Source of the DNA: Candidatus Cloacimonadales bacterium
Lineage (GTDB): Bacteria > Cloacimonadota > Cloacimonadia > Cloacimonadales > JAFGVF01
Direction: 5' to 3'
NCBI GenBank assembly: GCA_963662585.1
Contig: OY759729.1
Location: 768,001-832,000 of the forward strand
DNA: 64,000 nt
Below the pieces are notes generated by a model. The model saw only the letters and a list, made by a program, of their open reading frames with translations. It was not told the origin of the DNA and searched no databases. Made by a program: the position numbers and the translations under genes. Each line of letters opens with the position of its first letter. The first letter of the stretch is position 1. Below are positions 20,335 to 30,147 of the stretch, one piece after another.

Positions 20335-20586
20335 ATGAACTACTATAACGAAAATGCTAAACTATATTTCGACTCCACTCTGACAGTTGATATGAGTAAA
20401 CTACAAAATTACTTCCTCTCCTACCTTCCAGAATCAGGTGAAATCCTCGATATTGGCTGTGGCTCAGGAAGAGACTCTATGCACTTTATGAAAAAAGGAT
20501 ATAAAGTCCTCCCCCTAGAACCAGCCAAAGAATTAGCGAAGCTAGCCAAGAATTATCTAAATATAGAAATATCTACTCTAACATAA
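20335..20586 (+). pseudogene. Truncated class I SAM-dependent methyltransferase
   Basis: Motif I ILDIGCGSGRDS present, but the ORF stops after 83 aa, just before the convergent brxL 3' end. Confidence 0.75.
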
Positions 20587-20642
20587 AAAATAACTATTCC
20601 ATTATCATTGATAATTCTTCACTACCAACAAAAAAATTCATT

Positions 20643-22085
20643 CTATTTTATAGTAATATTTGGCACTTCTGGATTATATTCTGGGTCTAAAAGGGCCATT
20701 TGCTCTTTCATAATTCTTCTCATATCCAAAGCTGGCTTAAGACAAAATATTTCAAATTCAGTACGATCAATCATATCTGCTGAAGTTACATGCGGAAACA
20801 GTAGCTTCAAAAAAGCTGTAGCGATTTTTACAATAGCATTTTTATCTCTTGTATCAGATTCTTTAGGTATTTCTAAAAGTTCCATAACAACGGACGAATA
20901 TATCACTTCATCTCTAAGCTTATGTAGAATTTCTGTAAAGTATTCAACATTAATAGTTTGACCATTTAAATGCATTGACTCATTTATTCTAATTAACTTC
21001 CATCCTTCAATAAACCCATGAAATCTGTCCAAAAGTGCAGTTTCTTGAAACAATTTTGGTAGATCACTAAAATAAGATTTATTCATTGGTTTTTTTTCTT
21101 TAGATAGCTTAATATTACCAAGGAGAATTAATCCACAACTGGATGAATTTGTAAAGTTTGAAAATGATATTTTACCTGATTCAAGATAACCTTTCAAAGC
21201 TCCAGCCATCTCATTTTCATCGCCAAATTTTATTGTTTTTATTTCATCAAAAGCTATAAAATCCTTTGAGAATATTATACCTTGTGATTTCCTGTTCATA
21301 TCATAGAACAGTTTTGCTCGCGTAATTTTCCCTCCACTATAAAGCCAACCAAACTTTGATAAATTGCTAAAAACATATGACTTACCAGTTCCTTTCGGAG
21401 CTAGCTCAATAATATTTAAATTTGACTGTACGAATATCAAAAGCCTTGAAATAAACCTGATTTTCCTTTCAATAGAATTAAATCCCATTTCGCTTGAATT
21501 ATGAGGATTATATTCCATGGCTCGAATTAAAACATCTAACCATTCTTCTATTGAGAACTCTCTCCGATAATCTTTAAAAAACTCTAAATCAACCCTATAT
21601 GGTTGAAAAGCAGTAAAATCAATTAATTCAATATAGCCATTATTTTGATTATCAATAGGTTTTTGGTAAGTCAAAGTAATTATACCCCATTGCTCACCTT
21701 GGTTTAGATATTGAAATTTCTTTGCTACATAATCTGGGATTCTACCTTCGTTCATCTTTATACCCACATCTGGTACTGAAAATTTATTAATATCCTTTGT
21801 TAAATCGAGCTCTATTTCAAATCTACATAACAATTTAACCTGTTCGTTATCAATTTTCAATCTTCTCTTTACATTATTATTAACTGGTACAATATGTTTA
21901 TTCATGAATGCTGATAAAGAATCCACATCGATTGTTCCATTAGCTAGGGTGAATCGTTTTATCAACCAGTCTTTAATAAATGAAGGCAATACAATATTAC
22001 CAAATATCTGATTATTTTCAGGTGACTTGGTTAAGCTTAAATCACCAAAAACATCAAATATCTTGATATTTAGTTTATCTAAAAT
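20643..22085 (-). CDS. brxL: BREX type 4 BrxL (AAA+/MCM-like; no C-terminal Lon protease domain seen)
   Basis: LPSFIKDWL, EEWLDVLIRAMEYNP, Walker A ELAPKGTGKSY, FIAFDEI, ALLDRFHGFIEGW. The frame is open 32 codons upstream of TTG 21989 to an ATT after GAGGAGG. Confidence 0.85.
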   Translation of the reverse strand: MLDKLNIKIFDVFGDLSLTKSPENNQIFGNIVLPSFIKDWLIKRFTLANGTIDVDSLSAFMNKHIVPVNNNVKRRLKIDNEQVKLLCRFEIELDLTKDINKFSVPDVGIKMNEGRIPDYVAKKFQYLNQGEQWGIITLTYQKPIDNQNNGYIELIDFTAFQPYRVDLEFFKDYRREFSIEEWLDVLIRAMEYNPHNSSEMGFNSIERKIRFISRLLIFVQSNLNIIELAPKGTGKSYVFSNLSKFGWLYSGGKITRAKLFYDMNRKSQGIIFSKDFIAFDEIKTIKFGDENEMAGALKGYLESGKISFSNFTNSSSCGLILLGNIKLSKEKKPMNKSYFSDLPKLFQETALLDRFHGFIEGWKLIRINESMHLNGQTINVEYFTEILHKLRDEVIYSSVVMELLEIPKESDTRDKNAIVKIATAFLKLLFPHVTSADMIDRTEFEIFCLKPALDMRRIMKEQMALLDPEYNPEVPNITIK

Positions 22086-24382
22086 AATTCCTCCTCAACA
22101 ATTGCACCTATTTTATTAAATGCTTTTTTATATATTGAACCATCAATACTTATTGAAATTTCTAAGTTGCCACAAGGAAGGCCTGACAGATTTATTTTAA
22201 ATACATCATTTGATTCTATCACTTCAATATTAGCCTTATTTATAGAGCAAATAGGTTTTGATATCGGTTTAGGAAGAATTTTCAAAATAACCAAATTTTC
22301 ATTTCCCTCAATATTTACAATTGATATACTCCTAGATATGGTATTGCTCTTTCTTTCAAATTTTACGAATGGGACAAGTACTTCTTCCGGAGTAGCACCT
22401 CCATGAACTTCTCTACGAGGTAGATTATTTAAACTATTATGATTTAATGCAATACAATAACCATTTTTATATATGTAATCTGAATTTTCTTCAGATTGAC
22501 AAGCAACTCTTGCACAACGCCCCTCATGATCAGCATCTGGGAATTTTTTTGATCCTATTCTACCATAACGATGCAAGCATTGATTACTAATACCATGATC
22601 ACCAGTTAAATAAATAATAGTATCTTCGGCTAACAAGATTTTTTTTATGTTATTTTTTACTATCTCTATTTGATCTAGTAATGAATCATATGCCTTATAT
22701 GATGGGATTTTATGAATATATTCATCTATTGAACCTTCTCTAATGAATTCACTTCCCTCAACTTTGTTAACGGCTGTAACAGTTGGCAAATTTGCTTTTC
22801 TAATACAAACATCAGTTATCAAAAATTCAGTATCTAAAGTGTTAACATAATTAATAATAAAAGGTAACCATTCAACCCCCAATCCATCGATTTGGAATAA
22901 TCTTCCAAGTTCAGGCTTGTTTATTGAATCAAAATTGACATACCAACTATAGAATAATCCAGGATTAGAATTTAATTTTGAAAAAATGCCGTCAGTGTCT
23001 ATTAATGCTGTATTTCTAGCTTTGGCTAAATTATAAGCTCTCATGTATTGGTATAAATTTTCATTATTAAACCAACATTCTAAAACAATATCATAATTAA
23101 GATAGCTAGCTATATCTGGTAGCTCAATTGATATGTTTTTTTGATACTGGTTTTCATCCATATCATTAATTAATCTTAGAAGTAACTGTTTTTCAATCTT
23201 AGTTCTATTACTTAAAAGCATAATTTCAGGTTTTATATCCCACCCCCTAAGCTTATCGAAAAATTCACAAGCAATTGTATTTATTACAACATTGTCAGTT
23301 TTAGAGATAAGTTCGATTAGGCCCCGTCTTTCTTCAAGATAGATATTATAGTAAGGATCATTGTTGCTAACTTCAATAATAAAATTATATATTACCCTGT
23401 AAAAATCTATATTTTTATATTGATTTATTGAGGACTCAATTATAGATAAGTAGCTATAAGGATAAATTTTGATATAATATCCAAATATTAACCATTTGTC
23501 AAATTCTAGCTCCGTTTTTAACATCATTGTAAAAATCTCTTTCTTTTCACATGTTAGTGTGTTGATATTCAAACGATTACATATTAGAGCATCTAATGTT
23601 AAAGCTTTAGGGTTTTCAAATTGTTCTAGAGTAGTTAATAATTCTTTCCAGAGGTATTCGTTTGTACCAATATAACAAATTGGAAAATGAAAATCATAAA
23701 CTATAGCCAAAATATCTTTGATTGAATTTATACAACCAACTTCAAAGCATTCATCTGGTAAAAATTGATCCCATCGTTTATTCAATGAATTACAAACACT
23801 AATAATTGGTTCATTATTTTTTGCTTTCCAAAAAGAAAGCCACTGCTCAGTATTTCTAATTGTAAATAAACTTGAAGATATTTCACTTGAAGATTTGAAT
23901 ACTTTAATAGGGTTAACATTTCTTCGATAATATTTCCAAATTTTCGCTCCTTCGTTTTCTCTGTAAAAGCTATCCCAATAGTTTAAAGATAATTTGCTAT
24001 GAAAGCTAACTAAAGGTATGTAAATTCTATAGTTAAGATCATTAGAAACATCTTCAAAGTTAAGTATTGTATTCATAGCACTTTTCAATTCAGAAGGTTG
24101 TAAAAAACGGAATACTTCAGAAATTGGATAGATAATACTTGTGTATGTTACACCATATACAATTTTTATGATATTATCTGTAGTAAACCAATATTTATCT
24201 GTAATTTGTATTTCACTAAGATCTATTCTTTGTACATTTAATACATTTAACAAATGTAACAAATCATCAAACGAATTCAGTAAAATTATTCTAACTGGAA
24301 ATCTTCTCACATAGCTGCTAGTTAAATTGGAATCTTGGGAAATTTCCTCAAGCAATTTATCCAAATCATCAAACTGTTTCAT
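22079..24382 (-). CDS. pglZ: BREX type 4 PglZ-domain phosphatase/nuclease
   Basis: C-terminal IDGLGVEW, LPTVT, LTGDHG, VHGGATPEEVLVP; located between ATPase and brxL. Confidence 0.87.
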   Translation of the reverse strand: MKQFDDLDKLLEEISQDSNLTSSYVRRFPVRIILLNSFDDLLHLLNVLNVQRIDLSEIQITDKYWFTTDNIIKIVYGVTYTSIIYPISEVFRFLQPSELKSAMNTILNFEDVSNDLNYRIYIPLVSFHSKLSLNYWDSFYRENEGAKIWKYYRRNVNPIKVFKSSSEISSSLFTIRNTEQWLSFWKAKNNEPIISVCNSLNKRWDQFLPDECFEVGCINSIKDILAIVYDFHFPICYIGTNEYLWKELLTTLEQFENPKALTLDALICNRLNINTLTCEKKEIFTMMLKTELEFDKWLIFGYYIKIYPYSYLSIIESSINQYKNIDFYRVIYNFIIEVSNNDPYYNIYLEERRGLIELISKTDNVVINTIACEFFDKLRGWDIKPEIMLLSNRTKIEKQLLLRLINDMDENQYQKNISIELPDIASYLNYDIVLECWFNNENLYQYMRAYNLAKARNTALIDTDGIFSKLNSNPGLFYSWYVNFDSINKPELGRLFQIDGLGVEWLPFIINYVNTLDTEFLITDVCIRKANLPTVTAVNKVEGSEFIREGSIDEYIHKIPSYKAYDSLLDQIEIVKNNIKKILLAEDTIIYLTGDHGISNQCLHRYGRIGSKKFPDADHEGRCARVACQSEENSDYIYKNGYCIALNHNSLNNLPRREVHGGATPEEVLVPFVKFERKSNTISRSISIVNIEGNENLVILKILPKPISKPICSINKANIEVIESNDVFKINLSGLPCGNLEISISIDGSIYKKAFNKIGAIVEEELF

Positions 24383-24383
24383 A

Positions 24384-27300
24384 TTAAATCTCTTCTTTAA
24401 GAATATCTAATAGAATAAATTTAATATCTGGCTGTCTCTTAATTAATGTTATAAAAACATTCTGAGTTTTCTGAGGAAACTTTCGAATCAATTCTTCAAG
24501 GTGATCAATTTGCTGTTCACCAAGTTTTTTGTTTGGATTTTCTATGTTGCCTGATACTTGGTTAGTATGATCATCTTTGGGTTTATTACTACTTTTACTT
24601 AATTTTAAGACATAATCTATTTCCCACTTTGTTAAAAGTTCTTTAGCTTTTTCAATTTCCATAAAAACTCTATCACCTTGAGAAGATCGTTCTAAATTGT
24701 CCATAATTTCGTAAATGATGTCATCAGAGTAACTGTTTCGTAGGTTTTTTACAATAAATTCTTTATAATAATTTCCAATTATTGTCTGATCTACATTATG
24801 AAATAGTTCTTTCATTGCTTCTTTTTGTTCAACAAGTTCTTCATAAATAGCTTTCATATCAGGAGGTTTAATAGGTTCCAATTGTAAATCTGATAGTAAA
24901 ATCTTGCATTGTAGAATTTCAAGAATATCAAGAACATCCTCATCAATATCATCAATATTATTATAAATCCAAAGTGGATAATTATGATTTTCTTTAAACC
25001 AGTTTAATAACTGGTGTTTGGTTTGTTGTAGACTATCTGTTTCAATTAGATTAAAAATTTCGTTTATTTCATTTTTTAATTTATCCTCTTCATCACTTCC
25101 AAGTCGGAAATTCAAGGTGTCTTTATTCCTTTTATTGGAATCACAATGATACTTAAAAGCTTTTATTATGAGATCTGCTAGATTTTGTACAGAACACTTT
25201 AGGCCACTGTCATCGAGATAAATTTTTCCTACATAAGGTTGGAAGCAATAGCCTATAGCTGCAAAGAAAACCATCGAATTATAAACACCAAATGGTGGTT
25301 TAAACAAAAAACTAAGGATGTCAGCAAAATTAAGAATTTTCCCTTTGACTAAGCGTGACTGTAAGTTTTCTTTAATTATATAAAGTGGATGAGAGGGAAA
25401 AGGTCGCAGAAACTTCATGTTATCTTTTACAATTCTAGTACCATCTTCAGTTTCTAAGATATTTTTTGTTGGTGCATCTTGGCCATCAACATTATTATTC
25501 AATTCACTTAAGGAGGAGCTTGTAAGATAATGTAATAATAATTTGGAAGAAGTTCTCCTTTTCCAAATATTTGCAATACCTAGTTTATCTGGCATTAGAT
25601 CAAAACTTTTAAAGAAGATTTTTTTCGAGATATCCTTGTCTAGAACTTTATCAAAAGTGTTAAAAGTAGATTTATCAATAACAAAACTATCAGACTCATC
25701 AAATAAAAACCATGTTACTTGAGCATCTGCTTTATAATTAACTATTAATTTATTAACATATTCTTCAACCTGGATTGAATAGTTTAATTCTTCTTGTATT
25801 GCTTTTGTTTTTTGAGCAACTTCTTGCTTTGCCTTTAAATCTATAAATTTGGTAATATCTTTAGAATCGAACAACTCTTTTTCAATAACACCAAAAACAA
25901 TAGTTTTAATATCATTAATTCTTGAATCGTTACTAAAAGATCTTATTGTATTTATGAATTTTTCACAGTGATTTAAATTATTTGTAATAGCAAGTACTAA
26001 TTTAAAAGTAAATTTAGGTTCCTTATTCAATATTTTAACTTTTTGTAAAATCTCTGTCACTGATGCGTTGGAGTCGATTAGTTGAATTTTGCAGGTCTCT
26101 TTCCTTCGAAAGATAGTACTTTCAAGTATTAAATTGTATATTGATTTCTCTTGCTCTGCAGAAATCATATCTAATGCTGTATTATATTTTTTAATTAAGA
26201 TGTCTTTTTGCTGATTTATTTTTTGACTGTCTAACACTGATGATTCTACTAAATACCTCCCTTCATAATCCTTAGGTATTATTTCTTTTTCATTAATGAA
26301 CTCGAAAAAATTATCAATTTCTTTTTCTAAATTAGACCCCATGAACATCAATCTTAAATTTTCTTTGGTTGGTATAATTTTTTTTAGATGGTCATTTACT
26401 GTATTTAACAAGCGATGGGCAATATTTAATAACATTAATCCTTGCAAGAGATTTACATAATTTCTCTTTTTACTTTTAACAGCATTAAGCGAATGTGTGT
26501 ATTTCTGTAATATATTTTTTACTTGTTCCTGATCACTAGACTCGAAATCTTCTTGGAAGAACCTAAATATATAATCTGAAGTACATAGCATTTCCCTCTC
26601 ATCAGTACTATTTTCTATGAAAAATTTAAATCCATTTTGGGAATCATATAAAAATTTGAAGATACTCCTTTCAGTAGATCCAATCTGTCTAGCAATATAA
26701 TTCGCTATATAAGCAGTATAAGGATGTAGGGGGAACATATTAAAGAGCTGTTTGCTATATTCGCTACCGATTTCATTTATTACAATTCGTAAAGGATCCT
26801 CATACTTTTTAAACTTCTCTTCCCATAGTTTTTTATCGCTTATTTTAATTGCGTTTTCTAATAAATGAAAGGTTGTTAATTCCATCATTTCAAAATGAAT
26901 TTTCTTAAAACGATCTTCCATTTTTCTTATGCTATTTCTTTCATCCATACTTTTTGAGATGTTTGATGTTTGGTGAGAGATCAACATAAGATACACATCT
27001 TTAGTTTGTGATAATTCAGCTAAGTTCTGAATTTGATTGATTATTGTTTCATTATGGAGGTTCATTACCGATGTAAATTCATCCCAAAATATTACAATTT
27101 TATCAGATATTTCTTTTTCTTTTAATTCTAACACTATTTCGGATAACCATTCAGTAATTGAAGGCACCGCCCAAGTAGTTCTTTCTTTTTCTAGCTCTTT
27201 TTTTAAATTTGCTATCAATGATTTATCGTAATTCCTTAATTTCTGTACAAGCTCAGGTTTAGAGACGATACCTTGTTCAATCAAACAATCCCATTCTTTC

Positions 27301-27818
27301 AATCGTAAATTCCAGGTATTAGATTTATCTTGTTCAATTCTCTGTGCAAAATTTTCAAATTCATCTTTAGTACTAATCTCTATATTAAGTAATTTCAATG
27401 ATTTTGAGACTGCTGTCTGGATCTCCATGTTAAAAGAAAATGAATTATGAACATTTGATACTCCTTTTAGAACTATTGGGAAAATTGGCAAATTGTGACT
27501 ATACTTTTCTATTGTGCTTTTTAATTCTGTACTTCTTATAGAATCATCAACATAGCCTTGAATTTCACTCCAATTTGATAATAATATTTTTTTTATTACT
27601 CCTGCAGCATGGCTTTTACCTGTTCCATAAGTACCATGTAGCCATATTGAATTTTTATCTTTACTTTGATTACTATACAAGCTACTGTAAACATCGAGTA
27701 ATAGATTCTCAAACTGATCATTGGATATGTACTGTCTCCAATATTCACTGTTTTCATGTGCTAAATCATATATTGGTTTAAAATTTTTATTTAAGTAAAC
27801 AAAATCACTTACTAACAT
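24384..27818 (-). CDS. brxC: BREX type 4 large P-loop ATPase (BrxC-like)
   Basis: Walker A WLHGTYGTGKSH, Walker B VIFWDEFT, FPLHPYTA..ERSIFKFL; operon context. Confidence 0.8.
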   Translation of the reverse strand: MLVSDFVYLNKNFKPIYDLAHENSEYWRQYISNDQFENLLLDVYSSLYSNQSKDKNSIWLHGTYGTGKSHAAGVIKKILLSNWSEIQGYVDDSIRSTELKSTIEKYSHNLPIFPIVLKGVSNVHNSFSFNMEIQTAVSKSLKLLNIEISTKDEFENFAQRIEQDKSNTWNLRLKEWDCLIEQGIVSKPELVQKLRNYDKSLIANLKKELEKERTTWAVPSITEWLSEIVLELKEKEISDKIVIFWDEFTSVMNLHNETIINQIQNLAELSQTKDVYLMLISHQTSNISKSMDERNSIRKMEDRFKKIHFEMMELTTFHLLENAIKISDKKLWEEKFKKYEDPLRIVINEIGSEYSKQLFNMFPLHPYTAYIANYIARQIGSTERSIFKFLYDSQNGFKFFIENSTDEREMLCTSDYIFRFFQEDFESSDQEQVKNILQKYTHSLNAVKSKKRNYVNLLQGLMLLNIAHRLLNTVNDHLKKIIPTKENLRLMFMGSNLEKEIDNFFEFINEKEIIPKDYEGRYLVESSVLDSQKINQQKDILIKKYNTALDMISAEQEKSIYNLILESTIFRRKETCKIQLIDSNASVTEILQKVKILNKEPKFTFKLVLAITNNLNHCEKFINTIRSFSNDSRINDIKTIVFGVIEKELFDSKDITKFIDLKAKQEVAQKTKAIQEELNYSIQVEEYVNKLIVNYKADAQVTWFLFDESDSFVIDKSTFNTFDKVLDKDISKKIFFKSFDLMPDKLGIANIWKRRTSSKLLLHYLTSSSLSELNNNVDGQDAPTKNILETEDGTRIVKDNMKFLRPFPSHPLYIIKENLQSRLVKGKILNFADILSFLFKPPFGVYNSMVFFAAIGYCFQPYVGKIYLDDSGLKCSVQNLADLIIKAFKYHCDSNKRNKDTLNFRLGSDEEDKLKNEINEIFNLIETDSLQQTKHQLLNWFKENHNYPLWIYNNIDDIDEDVLDILEILQCKILLSDLQLEPIKPPDMKAIYEELVEQKEAMKELFHNVDQTIIGNYYKEFIVKNLRNSYSDDIIYEIMDNLERSSQGDRVFMEIEKAKELLTKWEIDYVLKLSKSSNKPKDDHTNQVSGNIENPNKKLGEQQIDHLEELIRKFPQKTQNVFITLIKRQPDIKFILLDILKEEI

Positions 27819-30147
27819 TGTCTTGTACCTCCATCATAATTTTTAAAATATCTAAAGGGCAAAAATCTTTATTCAAATAGATATTATCTAAATTTGAAGC
27901 AAATTCAACTCTAAGAATACCGTTTTTGATATCTTGAAGACCTGTTAGCATTCTTTTTAATATTTCTTTATTTATTCCAAATATTTTAAAGGGAGTATGC
28001 TCTTGGTCGTCTCTATACAATTCATTGAGGCTTAAATCATAATATCCATTATTTTCTGCGAATTTATATAAACAATACATAATGGCCTCAGGAGATATTG
28101 AGTCACTCATAACTCTATCGAGAGTTATAAAAGCATTACCTTTCTTCTCTAATCTACCAAACAATTTTTCTTTTTTTAATGTTTCGGACACATCGAATAT
28201 TTTAATTAGTGCTTTTAATGGATTATTCAAAGAGGATTTCTTATGGTAGTAAGTAGAATCAAGTAAATCTAATAGATCTTTTACCTTCCATTCTTTGAAA
28301 TCTAAAGATGTATACCATTTAACAATTTCAGAATTATAACTTAAGTTAATGAAGATTATTTGCCATATGAGTAAAATATCTTTATCTTTTAGAGAATGGT
28401 ATAAAATTGTTGGGACTTTATTCTCCATTAACTCAGCATCTTCTAACCAATTCTTAAATGCCGTTATCATTTTAACCCCTAAGCCATCACTCCATCTATC
28501 GGGAGAAATTAAATAATTATTTAACCAATTTTCTTGCAATCCAAAAGTAGAGTATTTATCAATAGATATTTTACCTTTTTTCATTAATTTCTTATCTCCT
28601 CTTTTCATCCTTGATTTTGCTATCAAACATCCAATATCTGCAATATTAAGACAGCGTTGACAGTTTATACATTTAGTTTTATCTATTCTAAATGTTTTAT
28701 TCATTATAATTGCTCCTGTGGGACACTCAACAGCACACACATTACAATTGTTACAATAAGCAGTTTTATATGATATTTTTTTTAAAAATCTTATCAATAT
28801 ATCATTATAATCTATTTTAGTACAGGTTATTTCAATAATATTCTCATACTTAAAAATATCAAATGAGCGTAACTTACCTTCAATAGAACACTGATAACTG
28901 GTTGTTCTCTCTTTTTTTATTGAACTAATTATTGGAATTGTTTTTATCCATTCTTCAATGTTACTGTATGGATTAATTATTGAAAAGATATACTTTTCTT
29001 TATCGATAACAATATCAACTCCACATTTGAGTTCTTCTAAAGATTCCTCTCCTCCTCTAACTTTCCAGTTACCTTTAGAAATAAACTCCTTAACTAATTT
29101 AGTATCTACTATACCCCTATTTTCCAAATTTTGTTTAATTATATCAGTAAACTTGCTACAGACATCTGGATAAAGTTTGTTCAAAATATATTCTGACCAA
29201 TCTGAAGCAAATGGACAAACAATGCACCCAACCCTGGTAAGTCCAGATCTATAAGCAGAGTTTATACGAATGTTTTTATAGAAAAGATAAAGATAAACTT
29301 CAATATCTTTCCAATACAGAATCGGTCTTGTATTTATTATGTTATAATGTTTTACTCCCTCAGCAATTCTACTATATTTGCTTCGATTATTACTCTCTTC
29401 TCGTCTTACACCTTCGAAAACAATGTTCTTTCCTGATTTTCCAATGTCATTTATTATTTTATTAAGATATGGCACTGATTTGCATACAGTACAGCACCAT
29501 CTATGTAATCTACTTGGAGGTCCAAATGCTTGCCAGTTTTCAATGATGGGTTTAAATTGAGTTGCCTTATAAAGTTTAAAACCATCAAATATACTAGAAT
29601 ACATTTCTATTGTATCATCAATAGTTTTGTATGTATCAGGGATTTCCATTTCAGTATCAGAAAATATTGCGTAAAAATCACTTGGAGGAATAACTTGCAA
29701 AACGAGATCTAATATTACTTGGGAGTCTTTTCCCCCACTAAATGCAACACCGATTTTATGTGTATCCTTATACTCTTTATAAATGCTATTAATAAATTCT
29801 TTTGATTCGAATTCTAAAGTTATCAATTTTTCCCTATTAATTTCAATAAGTGATTTAACATCTATAGGTTCTATTGTTCCTGTATGAATAATTTGAAGTT
29901 TTGGTGAAGTGTATATGTCTCCTCCTGAAGCAGAAGCTATTTTCACGCCTTTATAGTAGTAGTTTCTTCCTACTGCCCATAATAATGGTGATTCTACCTT
30001 AGGGTAAGAATAAAATTTATCAAATCCAAGAAGATCCAACTCTTCAAAAAATACTGGGCGTGCATCTTTAAACTCTGTATCTTGTTTGTTTTTTGATGTA
30101 GTTAATCTTATGAGATTTTTTGGTTTATACCAAGCTAAGTCAAACAT
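27805..30147 (-). CDS. brxP: BrxP: PAPS-reductase domain + 4Fe-4S ferredoxin + DUF4007
   Basis: PP-loop FSGGKDS, RWCCTVCK, GVRREES, RVGCIVCP, CNNCNVCAVECP..CINCQRC, C-terminal YSTFGLQENWL. Confidence 0.87.
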   Translation of the reverse strand: MFDLAWYKPKNLIRLTTSKNKQDTEFKDARPVFFEELDLLGFDKFYSYPKVESPLLWAVGRNYYYKGVKIASASGGDIYTSPKLQIIHTGTIEPIDVKSLIEINREKLITLEFESKEFINSIYKEYKDTHKIGVAFSGGKDSQVILDLVLQVIPPSDFYAIFSDTEMEIPDTYKTIDDTIEMYSSIFDGFKLYKATQFKPIIENWQAFGPPSRLHRWCCTVCKSVPYLNKIINDIGKSGKNIVFEGVRREESNNRSKYSRIAEGVKHYNIINTRPILYWKDIEVYLYLFYKNIRINSAYRSGLTRVGCIVCPFASDWSEYILNKLYPDVCSKFTDIIKQNLENRGIVDTKLVKEFISKGNWKVRGGEESLEELKCGVDIVIDKEKYIFSIINPYSNIEEWIKTIPIISSIKKERTTSYQCSIEGKLRSFDIFKYENIIEITCTKIDYNDILIRFLKKISYKTAYCNNCNVCAVECPTGAIIMNKTFRIDKTKCINCQRCLNIADIGCLIAKSRMKRGDKKLMKKGKISIDKYSTFGLQENWLNNYLISPDRWSDGLGVKMITAFKNWLEDAELMENKVPTILYHSLKDKDILLIWQIIFINLSYNSEIVKWYTSLDFKEWKVKDLLDLLDSTYYHKKSSLNNPLKALIKIFDVSETLKKEKLFGRLEKKGNAFITLDRVMSDSISPEAIMYCLYKFAENNGYYDLSLNELYRDDQEHTPFKIFGINKEILKRMLTGLQDIKNGILRVEFASNLDNIYLNKDFCPLDILKIMMEVQDNVSK

